From the NCBI GenBank assembly GCA_046562895.1, contig CM102164.1, positions 32,715,842 through 32,779,841 on the forward strand: a stretch of DNA of 64,000 bases, read 5' to 3'. A program made the translations under genes and the position numbers. Positions 24,350 to 35,603 of this stretch are shown piece by piece. How positions within the stretch are numbered: the stretch's first letter is position 1; each line of letters begins with the position of its first letter. The stretch comes from Trichechus inunguis. Taxonomy: Eukaryota. The notes under the pieces were generated by a model. The model had not been told where the DNA came from, searched no databases, and worked only from the letters and a program-made list of their open reading frames with translations.

Positions 24350-25350
24350 TATTTTTAATTTTTTTTTATTGTACTTTAGATGGAGGTTTACAGAGCAAAT
24401 AGTTTCTCGTTAAACAGTCAGTACACATATTGTTTTATGACATTGATTAACAACCCCACGACATGTCAACACTCTCCCTTCTTGACCTTGGAGGACCTTT
24501 TTTTTTTTTTTGTGAAAATATGCATAGCCAAAGGTACACCGTTTCAAAAATTTCTACACGTACAATTCAATGACATTGATTACGTTCTTCTAGTTGTGCT
24601 GCTATTCTCACTATCCTTTTCCAAATTATTCCATCACCACTATGTTCAACTCGCTGCCCCCTAGGCTTCCCATCAAACCATCTGAGCTGCTGCTGTCAAT
24701 TTGATCTCACACAGATAATTCTTTTTTTTTTTTTTTGTACCTTAGACGAAGGTTTACAGAACAAGTAGTTTCTCATTAAACAGTTAGTACACATATTGCC
24801 CTATGACAATGGTTAACAACCCCACGACATGTCAACACTGTCCCTTCACAACCTTGGGTTCTCTATCACCAGCTTTCCTGTCCCCTCCTGCCTTCTAGTC
24901 CTTGTCCCTGGACTGCTGTGCCTCATTAGTCCCATTTGGTTTTATGGGGCTGTCCACTCCACGGCTGAACGGTGAACCTCGGAAATGACTTCACCACTGA
25001 GCTAAAAGGGTGTCCAGGGGCCATCCTCTTCGGGTTTCTCCAGTCTCTGTCAGGCTAGTAAATCTGGTGTTTTTTTGTGAGTTAGAATTTTGTTCTACAT
25101 CCTTCTCCAGCTCGGTCCAGGACCCTCTGTTGTGATCCTGGTCAGAGCAGTCAGTGGTGGTAGCCGGGCACCATCTAGCTGTACTAGAGTCAGTCTGATG
25201 GAGGCCATGGTAGCTGTAGTCTGTTAGTCCTTTGGACTAATCTTTTCATTGTATCCTGTTCTCTTCATTCTCCCTTGCTACCGAAGGGGTGAGACCAGTG
25301 GAGTATCTTAGATGGCTGCTCACAGGCTTTTAAGACCCCAGACCGTAGCA
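24350..25350 (-). mobile_element. L1 copy E. Only the 3' UTR is present.
   Basis: Poly-T plus gtactttagatggaggtttacagagcaaatag. A second sub-repeat begins at 24730, and the copy ends gtgagaccagtggagtatcttagatggctgctcacaggcttttaagacccc. Confidence 0.7.
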
Positions 25351-26847
25351 AACTTCTGCTTTGTATTGATGCAGAGTCCTGGGCCCAAGAGGGTGTCCTT
25401 CCCCTTCTCCATGTGCAGCATCTATCCTTTTCCCTAAAGTAGTGTATCTTTGCCTGATTGCTAAGAGTGGGAAGGGATGTTTCCTACCACTGTTTTGCTT
25501 CTACCCCTTTCCTGTTGGCCCTGAAGGTGAGAGGGTTTGCTGTCCCTTTCCCAACAGTTTCAGGCTTTTCCTTCACATGAGAAGGATCCAGGGAAGTTGG
25601 TGGTGTTTCTTGTCTGCCCCCCAACAGCAGCCAATCACCTCCTGCACTCCTGCTCCACTGAGCTTTCTTTGGTGTCCTGCCTGCCCCTCATCTTTCTAAT
25701 GGGCCCAGTGGAAGACTGGAGAAGAGCTTGTGAGTGAATGTAAATTTCTCTTGTGTCTGGGGCTCCCAGTTATTCTAAACTGATATCCTAGCCCAATCTT
25801 AGCCTTCAGGAATTCACACAGTTTATGTGTCCCATCTCTCCTCAGGGGGCATTGTCAGTATTTGGAATTCAGTTCTTTTGGTTGCATTGTAACCTCAGCT
25901 CTCTGATGGGTTCAAGAAAAATTATTTTATAGATTTTCCAGTTCTTAATCTCGTGTCTATTTATATCCTAAGTGGAAGCAGAACTCCAACTCTATGCTAC
26001 TAAGTGGCAGTTTCTCAAATGAATCCCCAGGCTTTTATGCATATACTTCTTTTAAGGGCTAGCATTATTGTTTATTAACTGCTTTTTTATTGTTTATTCT
26101 CATTCTGCAAATGGATATCCTTGATGTAAAAAATAGTAATTTGCCCCTTAAATCTGTATTAATCTTTGATAGTATACACTCCTATTATGAACATATTAAA
26201 TTTTCATGATAGTGTAGTCAAAATGGCAGTTGTAGTTGGAGATGTTAGATCTCTGTGTAACAGAAAAAATACATCTACACTCTCTTTTTTCTATCCTAAC
26301 TGGTAATAAGGTTGCCTCTTTATACAGTAATTATCAATACCCCATTAAAAGAAAGCTAAATATGTTTTAAGTAAAATGATAAACTTACTACAGCGTAAAA
26401 GAATTAAGTAAGGGTCATGCTTAGTGAAAACTGCTCTGCTCAGCAGCTGCTGGGAGAACTGGTCCTAAGTCATGGGTGTCATGGAGGCCAAGATTCTTCA
26501 AGAGATGAAGCTGTGCATATGCTGTCTGTGCAGGCAGAGCACTGCAGAGGGCAGGGCCTCCTGTAGGGAGAGCCCTTGGGCCATACTCCCCAGTTAGGCC
26601 ACAGTTCAGTCTTAGGGGCCTCCTCCCTCAGTCTCCTGTAGTTGTCACTCCCCTCCCCACCCCCACACACTGGTGAATGGCTCCAGGGCTCCACTTTGGC
26701 ACCAACAATGCTTGTCTTGTAGGTTCTGTTACCATTTACTGAGGAAGAATTTGGCAGATTGTAACTCAAGTAGTTTATGAAGAGTTAAGTAGCACAGAAT
26801 GGATGTGCTTTAGAACTGCAAAGCTAAGTAGTATGTTTCTGTTTCAG

Positions 26848-27012
26848 GAAGTTTTTACTGTAAGCGTTGGGAACTTACCCCCTAAGGCTAAGGTTCTTAT
26901 CAAAATTACCTATGTCACTGAACTCGGTGTCCAAGGCACTGCTGCTGTCTTCTTCATGCCTGCCACTGTGGCACCCTGGCAACAAGACAAAGCATTGAAT
27001 GAAAACGTTCAG
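26848..27012 (+). CDS. PARP4: PARP4 exon (VIT domain). The acceptor is tttcag at 26846-26847 and the donor is GTTAGT at 27013.
   Basis: Translation is EVFTVSVGNLPPKAKVLIKITYVTELGVQGTAAVFFMPATVAPWQQDKALNENVQ. It follows the previous exon after an intron of about 18.3 kb that is filled with L1 copies. Confidence 0.85.
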
Positions 27013-27284
27013 GTTAGTGTGCTTAAGACAAGATTTAAAGAAGCATTTCTTGGGATTTATGTAAAGGGAAGAAAAAAATATCCAAATAATCTAATCTTTT
27101 TGGCATAAAATCAATTTTACTGGAAGTTATAGCATATAGATACATATATTGTTCGTAACATGAAAAGAATAAAGGACACAGATATGCTTAATGGGTATAA
27201 TATTCTTATTCTGTTCAATTACCTAAAAAAATTTATATCTGCAGTATATGTTCATCATGAAGAATTTAGGTAAGCATTCTTGTT

Positions 27285-27655
27285 AGTTGCCATGGAGTTG
27301 GCTCTGGCTGATGGCCACCCCATGTACAACAGAACAAAACATTGCCCTGTCCTGCCCCCTCTTCATGAATGTTGGTATGCCCAAGTCCATTGTTGTGGCC
27401 ACAGTGTGTTCTGAGTGCCTTCCGACCTAGGGGACTCATCTCTCAGCACTATATCAGAAAATATTTTCTTGTGATCCATAGGGTTTTCATTGGCTAATTT
27501 TAGGAAGTAGATTGCCAAGCCTTTCTTCCTATTTTAGTCTGGAAGCTCTGCTGAATCCCGTCCACCATGGATCACCCTGCTGGTATTTGAAATACTGATG
27601 GCATAGCTTCTAGCTGTACAGCCACACATAACCCACCACAGTACAAAATAAACTG
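27285..27655 (-). mobile_element. Afrotherian SINE with an RTE-derived tail (AFRO_LA-like), in reverse orientation.
   Basis: It contains gttgccatggagttggctctggctgatggccaccccatgtacaacagaacaaaacattgccc, which is the tail shared with the RTE 3' end. It also contains ggcttggcaatctacttcctaaaattagccaatgaaaaccctatggatcac, shown here as the reverse complement. Confidence 0.7.
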
Positions 27656-27814
27656 ACAGACAGGTAGCAGTGGTAAATAAGCATAGAGAATGTAAATTAG
27701 CAAAAGAGGAAGGTAATAACCATCCTTAGTTCTGTCATCCAGAGATAACTACTGGTTAATGCTTTGGTATCTATCCTTCCAGACTTCTTAGTACGTATTT
27801 ATTTATATAAATTG

Positions 27815-27885
27815 TATGTGTATGTATATATGTATATGTGTGTGTGTATGCACACACATATGCACATATATACATACACACACGT
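27815..27885. repeat. Simple repeat rich in TG, TA and CA.
   Basis: The sequence is tgtatgtgtatgtatatatgtatatgtgtgtgtgtatgcacacacatatgcacatatatacatacacacac. Confidence 0.85.
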
Positions 27886-28059
27886 AGTTGAAAATCTTTG
27901 TCAAAATGGCCATAAATTATCCCCCATATTGTTTTATTTTAGAAGTTACTGTCATTCCATAAGCAAATGCTACTGTGGCCTTGCTTAGATTGTATTCAGC
28001 TTAGAATCTCATCATGAAACCTAATAAGTACTTAATTATATATTTTTTTCTTTTTACAG

Positions 28060-28106
28060 GATACAGTAGAGAAGATTTGCATCAAGGAAATAGGGACAAA
28101 GCAAAG
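28060..28106 (+). CDS. PARP4: PARP4 micro-exon (47 nt). The acceptor is tacag at 28058-28059 and the donor is GTTAGT at 28107.
   Basis: Translation is DTVEKICIKEIGTKQ plus ag. The exon ends in phase 2, which the next exon completes as AGC (Ser). Confidence 0.8.
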
Positions 28107-28252
28107 GTTAGTACCTAAGATATAAAATCTGTCAATTAATCATTCAATGACATTAGTTTCATTGTTAAAATTTCATTTAAAATTATTTGAAGCAACTAAA
28201 AGTAGACCTTTAAGATACTAGACTAAGACAATTTTCTCTTCATCTTCGATAG

Positions 28253-28331
28253 CTTCTCTTTGAGTATGTATATTGAGATGCCGTACGTGATTGAATTCAT
28301 TTCTAGTGATACACATAAACTAAAACAAAAG
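28253..28331 (+). CDS. PARP4: PARP4 exon (79 nt). The acceptor is cgatag at 28251-28252 and the donor is GTTAGT at 28332. Only a 146-nt intron separates it from the previous micro-exon.
   Basis: After the completed Ser codon it reads FSLSMYIEMPYVIEFISSDTHKLKQK. The codon phase is continuous. Confidence 0.8.
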
Positions 28332-29328
28332 GTTAGTAAATTTTTTTCTTTCTTAAGAACTCTTATTTTAAAATTACTTTTACTTTATCAAAGCAATACA
28401 TGCACATAGTTTAAAATGTCAAATAATACCAACAGCAACTTTTAAGAAAAAGGAGTCCCATTCAGCCCCTGCTTGGCCCCTCCCAGCACCCAGAGACTGA
28501 ACCACTTTAGAATATAACTATTTCTTCTGGTATTTACTCCATAGTTTTAAATGAAAAAGTTTTTACTTCTGTTACTTGAGTCATCTGTTTCAGAATTCTT
28601 ATTATAATTGTCCAAGTGAAAACACTAGACTGACACTCTGCTAGAAATTGTAACAAAGAATGGTGTTGAGGAAAAAAAGACAAATAAGATCATTTCGTGA
28701 AATGGAGAATCAGATGCGCATTCAAACAAGAGGCATCATGTGTTCTGGCTTGCAGTGAGGTGTTTATCAGGCAGAGCAAACAAAGGCAAAATGGATTCAC
28801 ATCAAGGGGGAGTACAGGGTAAGGAAGGGAAATTTACAAGGGGTTGTCAAACGCCAAACTTGCCTAGCATCAGTTTCTAGCCTAACATCAATCTCTTCTT
28901 TCTCTATACAAATTGACTAAGGCAATTTTTCTAAAGCAAGCAGTGTAAACATTCTTGATGTGGGAATTTAGTGATTTCAACCCTAGTTGGAGTCCTTGAA
29001 ATGTAAAAGTTGACCATTTGGGTAGGAAGGAGATTATATCAGCTCATACTTGAAACCTTGCCCATCTGGCTAGGAGGAAGTGAGTTAGGGCCTAGGCATT
29101 CACCAGATGAATTGCCCAAGAGAAGTTAAGATAGCAAGATTATTTACCTGAGCTAAGGCCCAGATCTCTGTACCATTTGTGTCACAAACAATTGAGACCT
29201 TCACAGGAAGCCAACTTGTCTTTTGAAGAAGGCAGAGGCAGGCTTCAAACCTAGTTTCAGCTTAATGTAAAACAGAATTTCAATTTAGGTCTGGGATTAA
29301 CCATTTCAATAATGCCAAGTAGCCCCAG

Positions 29329-30892
29329 TTTTTGTTTTTTGTTTTATTTTGTTTTTTTGTACTTCAGGTGAAGGCTTACAGAACAAATAGTTTCTCATGA
29401 AACAGTAGTATGCATATTGTTTTATGACATTGGTCAACAACCCCACAGCATGTGAACCCTCTAACTTCTCAACCTTTTTTTTTGGTGAAAATACACATAG
29501 CCAAAGATACACCATTTCAAAAATTTCTACATGCACAGTTCAGTGACATTGACTATGCTCTTCCAGTTGTGCTGTTATTCTCACTTAAGATGAAGGCTTA
29601 CAGAACAAAATAGTTTCTCATTTAACAGTTACTACAAATGTTGCCCTATGACAGTGGTTAACAATCTCACAACACATGAACAATATCCTTACTCATCCTT
29701 GGGTTCCCTATCACCAGCTTCCTTGTCCCCTTCTGCCTTCTGGCCCTTGTCACTGGACTCCTGTACCTCGTTAGTCTCATTTGGTTTTACGGGGCTGTCC
29801 ACTCCCAGGCTGAATGGTGAACCTTGGAGATAACTTCACCACTGAGCTAAAAGGGTGTCTGGGGGCCATACTCTCAGGGTTTCTCCAGTCTCCTTTAGGC
29901 CAGTAAATCTGGTCTTTTTTTTGTGAGTTAGAATTATGTTCTACATCCTTCTCCAGCTCTGTCCAGAACCCTCTGTTGTGATCCTGGTCAGAGCAGTCAG
30001 TGGTGGTAGCCGGGCACCATCTAGCTGTACTGGACTCAGTCTGGTGGAGGCCTTGGTAGCTGTGGTCCATTAGTCCTTCGGACTAATCTTTTCCTTGTAT
30101 CCTGTTCTCTTCATTCTCCCTTGCTCCCGAAGGGATGAGACCAGTGGAGTATCTTAGATGGCCACTCACAGGCTTTTAAGACCCCAGACACTACTCACCA
30201 AGGTAGAATGTAGAGCATTGTCTTTATAAGCTGTGTCATGCCAATTGAGCTAGATGTTCCCTGAGACCATGGTCCCCACAGCCCTCCGCCCAGCACTTCA
30301 GTCCCTCAGGGTGTTTGGATGTGTCTATGGGGCTTCCATGACCTTTCCTTGTACAAGTTGTGCTAGTTTCCCCTGTATTGTGTACTGTCTCACCCTTCAC
30401 CCAAGATACCACTTATCTATTGCCTATTTAGTATTTCCCCCCCACCCCTCCCATCCCTGGTAACCAACAAAGATTGTTACATTTTGTGTGTGAACTTCTG
30501 CATGGGTTTTACAATAGAGGTCTCATACAATATTTGTCCTTTTGTGATTGACTTATTTCACTCAGCATCATGTCCTGCAGTTTCATCCATGTTATGAGAT
30601 GGTTCACAGATTCATTGTTGTTCTTTCTGGTTGCATAGTACTCCATTGTGTGTATGTGCCATAGTTGGTTTATCCATTCATCTGTTGATGGGCATCTAGG
30701 TTGTTTCCATCGTTTTGCTGTTGTGAACAATGCTGCCATGAACATAGGTGTGCATATGTCTATTCGAGTGACGACTCTTATTTCTCTAGAATATTTTCCT
30801 AGGAGTGGAATTGCTGGATTGAATGGTATGTCTATTTCTAGCTTTCTGAGGAAGCACCATATCATTCTCCAAAATGGTTGTATCATTTGCAG
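29329..30892 (-). mobile_element. L1 copy F. It consists of the 3' UTR plus the ORF2 C-terminus.
   Basis: Poly-T plus gtacttcaggtgaaggcttacagaacaaatag. The reverse ORF at 30509-30886 reads ...LGKYSREIRVVTRIDICTPMFMAALFTTAKRWKQPRCPSTDEWINQLWHIHTMEYY, which is the L1 ORF2 C-terminal end. Confidence 0.8.
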
Positions 30893-31734
30893 CCCCAGTT
30901 TTAAGGTTTGCTTATTCAGAATAGACGAGACTTTAGCTCTCTTCCCCCTTCACTTACCTCGTTCCTCATTTTTTCTCTCCCCTTATCCCAGAATAGTTAT
31001 ATCACAATTTTGGTTAAAGCCATAGTCAGTGTTCAAGTTATTATGACTATGTTAATACTGCTTACAGTTGAGCCAAGAACTGTATTATGATTACATATTA
31101 TATCTTCATATAGTGATTCCTGAAGAAAAAGGTCTTTTCATTTACTTAGTTTTCTAGGGATTATCCATATTTCTTCTCATATGCTCTAATACATTGGTAA
31201 AGACCCCTCTCAATACTATCTTTCACACTGTTAAATGCTTCAAATAATTCATCAATTTATTTTTTCCTTAGAGACCTCCCTCCCTTCCATCTTTCTGCTC
31301 CACTTGGCCTGGTTACTGTTTGGCAGCCTCCCTTTACTGTTTTTTTTTTTTTTTTAAGCCTTTTTCCTATTTCTTGTTTTAGTCCTTCAGTTTTGCAGAG
31401 CACACTTTCCATTAACTTCCTGAGTAAGAATGCGTGGGCGGTAAAGTCTGACAATATCTTGCTTCTACATGCTGCACTGGTTCATGTGATGGGGTATAGA
31501 ATTCTGAGTTGGAAATCATTTTCTCTCAGAATATTAAAGGCATTGTCTTCTAGCTTCCAGTATTACTTTGAGAAATTCAGTGATATTCTTAGCCCACAGT
31601 GTTTGTATACGGTCTTTTTTTTTTTTTTTTTAATTTCTTTATGAGTTCCAGATCTTCTCTTTATTCCCGGAATTTTGAAATTTCATAATAATGTGAGCTT
31701 CATTCATCATTCATGACTCATAGCCTTTTTTAAT

Positions 31735-33300
31735 TGTTGTCATCGAGTTGGTTCCAACTCAGTGACCCTATGTACAACAGAACAAAACACTTGCCTGGTC
31801 CTGTGCCATTTTCACAATCGTTTCTATGTTTAAGCCCATTGTTGCAGCCACTGTGTCAGTTAATCTCATTGAGGGTCTTTCTCTTTTTTGCTGATCCTGT
31901 ACTTTAACAACCCTGGTACCTTCTCCAGGGACTGGTCCCTCCTGATAGCTTGCGCAAAGTATGTGAGACTAAGTCTCGCCATCCTTGCTTCTAAGGAGCG
32001 TTCTGGCTGTACTTCTTCCAAGACAGATGTGTTCGTTTTTCTGAAAGTCTATGGTATATTCAGTATTCTTTGCCAGCACTGTAATTCAAAGGCATCAATT
32101 CTTCTTCGACCTTCCTTTTTCATTGTCCAGCTTTCACATGCATATGAGGTGTTTGAAATTACCGTGGCTTGGGTCAGGCACACCTTAGTCCTCAAAGTGA
32201 CATTTTTGCTTTTTAACACATTAGGAGGTCTTTTGCAGCAGATTTGCCCAATGCGATATGTCGTTTGATTTTTTGACTGCTGTATCCCTGGGCATTGATT
32301 GTAGGTACAGGTAAAACGAAATCCTTGACAACTTCAATCGTTTCTCCGTTTATCGTGATGTTGCTTATGGGTCCAGTTGTGAGGATTTTTGTTTTCTTTA
32401 TGTTAAGGTGTAATCCATACGGGAAGGCTTTGATCGTCATCATTAAGTGCTTCAAATCCTCTTCACCTTCAACAAGCAAGGTTGTGTAATCTGCATATCA
32501 TAGGTTGTTAACGAGTGTTTCTCTAATCCTGGTGCCAGCTTCTTCTTCATATAGTCCAGTTTCTCAGATTATTTGCTCAGCATACAGATTGAATAAGTAT
32601 GGTGAAAGGGGACCATCCTGACACATACCTTTCTTGGTTTTAAACCATGTAGTATCCCCTTGTTCTGTTCAAACAACTGCACCTTGGTCTATGTACAGGT
32701 TCCTCATGAGCACAATTAAGTGTTCTGGAATTCCCATTCTTCACAGTGTTATCCATAATTTGTTATGATCCACACAGTCAATGCCTTTGCATAGTCAATA
32801 AAACACAGGTAAACATCTTACTGGTTTTCTCTGCCTTCAGCCAAGATCCATCTGACATCAGCAGTGATATCCCTTGTTCCACGTTCTCTTCTGAATCCAG
32901 TTTGAATTTCTGGCAGCTCCCTGTCGATGTACTGCTGCAACTGTTTTTGAATTATCTTCAGCTAAATATTACTTGCGTGTGGTATTAATGATATCATTCG
33001 GTACTTTCTGCATTCTGTTGGATCACCTTTCTTTGGAATGGGCACAAATATGGATCTCTTCCAGTTGACTGGCCAGGTAGCTGTCTTCAGAATTTCTTGG
33101 CATAGACAAGTGAGCATTTCCAGTGTTGCATCCATTTGTTGAAATATCTCAATTGGTATTCTGTCTATTCCTGGAGCCTTGTTTTTTCACCAATGCCTTC
33201 AGTGCAGCTTGAACTTCTTCCTTCAGTACCATCAGTTCTTGATCATATGCTGCCTCCTGAAATGGTTGAACATTGACCAATTCTTTCTCCATGGCCTTTA
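31735..33300 (-). mobile_element. RTE/BovB-type LINE (RTE1-like) fragment. It contains the RT C-terminus and the 3' end.
   Basis: The reverse-strand ORF at 32213-32479 reads ...HLNIKKTKILTTGPISNITINGETIEVVKDFVLP...HIALGKSAAKDL, which is a typical RTE/BovB reverse-transcriptase C-terminus. The 3' terminus (31735-31800) is the sequence from which the AfroSINE tails derive. Confidence 0.8.
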
Positions 33301-35447
33301 GTTGTGGGAAATTTTATTATAATTTTAAAAGATAAGTTTCTCCCCTTCTTTTGACTTTCTAGAATGCTTTTCAATCAGATGTCCCCTGGATTGAGCCTCT
33401 TATCTTATATTTTTTCTCCTATTATCCATTTTATTATCTTTTTGTTCTACTTTCTGATTTCTCAATTTTAAATTCTAACTGTTCTATTGAGATTTTAATT
33501 TTATTCTCATATTTTTTATTTGTAAGAGCTATTTTCTGTTCTGTAGGTATTCCTTTCTTATACCATCTTCTTTTGGTTTCATGGATGCAATACTTTCTTT
33601 CATCTCTTTGGTAATATTAATAATATATTTTTTCTTCTGTTCCCTGCATTGTGTCTCCTTTCTTTGAGTTCCTTTTTTTCCTGTTTTTTTCTGATAGTTT
33701 CTTTTGGTTTCCATATATCATATTAGAGATTGTATGCAGACCTAAAACCGAGGTGCTTGATGTAACAAGGAGGGACTGGCCCAGATCTAAATTAAACTGC
33801 ATTTTGAATAAAAATTGTAACCTAGCCTAAAAGCCTTTGCCTCTGTTGTTCTGAAAAGACAATTCAGCCTTTTTGTCAAAGTTACCTGCTTATACAAAGA
33901 GGGTAAGAGTCAGGATTTCTGGCTTAAATGGAGAATTGTTTGTTAGGATATCTGTTAAGACTGTTTACACAGCTTGCCTCAGAAAAGATACTTTTGTCAA
34001 CAGGAGGTTAATAAATGGAATTAACAATGTTAAGTAAATGGAGCCTCTCAATGTCTCATAACTCTGTGAGAACATCAATTAACCAAGTCTTAATCAAACT
34101 TCATTTTCACTCACTGAGGTCTTCTGCTTCATTTCTTCTGACTCTTTGTAAATCTGTAACTAAGGTAAAGACAGGAGCCTCTTGAGGGGAGAGGTAGGCA
34201 TACATCTGTGACAGAAAGTTGTCTTATTTATTTCTGAAAAGATGCTTTATTTAACAAATCTCAGGATGTAAGAATCTCAGGATGTTAACGGATGTTAAAT
34301 GTTGAAGATTACAGTTTAACAAACCCCTGTAACTTTTCGCCAATGTAATTCTCCCATGTGTGTTTATTAGCACGTTTCCTGCCACCCCTGCCTGCGAGTA
34401 TGATCCTTTTTCTGTTTCACCGGATAAAAACTGTTCTCTTTCTCTGCAATTTGGAACACACACTGCAGCCTCTTGCATGAATACTTGTGTATCTCGCCAT
34501 TTTGAGAAATTTTTTTTTTTTCCTCCTTCAATAAAACTATTTGTTTTTATTTCTAGCGGAGTATAAGTCTGGTGTTTTCCACTACGGCAAGGTTTTTCCT
34601 CATATGTCTGGTGACCCTCTATGTGTTCATATTTAAGGTTAAGACACAAAAAAGCCAGTTAGAAGCTCTGTGGGTTGGTGGGGCTAGTTGACCAAAGACC
34701 TGCACTAGAGAGTCACCAGGTGGGAGGTTGGCTTTTTGATTGTATCATAATGACACTTGCATTCTTCTGTGATTATCCAGAACCTCTGTAAGGATGTTCA
34801 TGCGGCATGGTGGGGAGGGTAGCTAAGGGTTCCAAGTTTCAGCATGCTGACCCTCACTAATCCTCATTTGCTGCCCTGTACTCTACTCTACTCTTTATTA
34901 CGCCTAGCATTTTTGAGTCTACATCATAGTTAGTTGAATTTCTCTAAGTAATAAGCCTCCAGTTTTCTTCAGTGAGAGAACAAGGACAAATCGTACTAGC
35001 TGCTTGAATGCTTAGGGTGGACAGGGGAGGGGACCTAGGGGTCTGACACTTTAGTACATGGTGGATTAACTAGGACCTCTGTTTTTGCAGTGCCTGGTAC
35101 CTCCAACTTGTGAGCCTCCCCAAGTTGTTGCAGGGCTAGTTAGCCCACTGCCTGTGGCTATTTCCTCTACAGACCCTCAGGTGGTAGCTTCTGCCACTCT
35201 TGCTAAGTTAGTTTACATGCCTCCATCAACTTTCCCTCTTTCTAAAATTTGTTGACATCACTCATCTGCTGTAGCTTATGGGTTTATACCCTTTCTTAAT
35301 GCTTTCCTTTCATGGAAGGGAGATTTAGGATTTTGCTAGGGAGAGGAGATAAACATGTTTAATCCAACCTGAACGAGAAGCCCAGTTAGCTTTTTTGGTG
35401 TAACAACCCCAAAACTTTGTGGGCTTAAAACAATACAGCAAACAAAA

Positions 35448-35603
35448 AATCAAACCTGTTGCTGCTGAGGTAATTTCTACTCATAGCGACCCTATAGGAC
35501 AGAGCAGAACTGCCCCATAGGGTTTCTAAGAAGTGGCTGGTGGATTCGAACTGCCGACTTTTTGGTTAGCAGCCTGAGGTTTTAACCATTGCACCACCAG
35601 GGC
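35448..35603 (-). mobile_element. AfroSINE, in reverse orientation.
   Basis: It contains cctgttgctgctgaggtaatttctactcatagcgaccctataggacagagcagaactgccccatagggtttc and ends gcaccaccagggc. Confidence 0.85.

Noticed and set aside
14030-25350. A possible segmental duplication of the unit formed by L1 copy A plus the neighbouring 3' UTR, repeated as copy D plus its neighbouring 3' UTR.
   Set aside because: The ORF fragments of A and D are only about 85 percent identical, and the flanks differ (SINE versus L1 copy C). They look like independent members of one subfamily. I have kept the duplication only as an alternative explanation in the findings.
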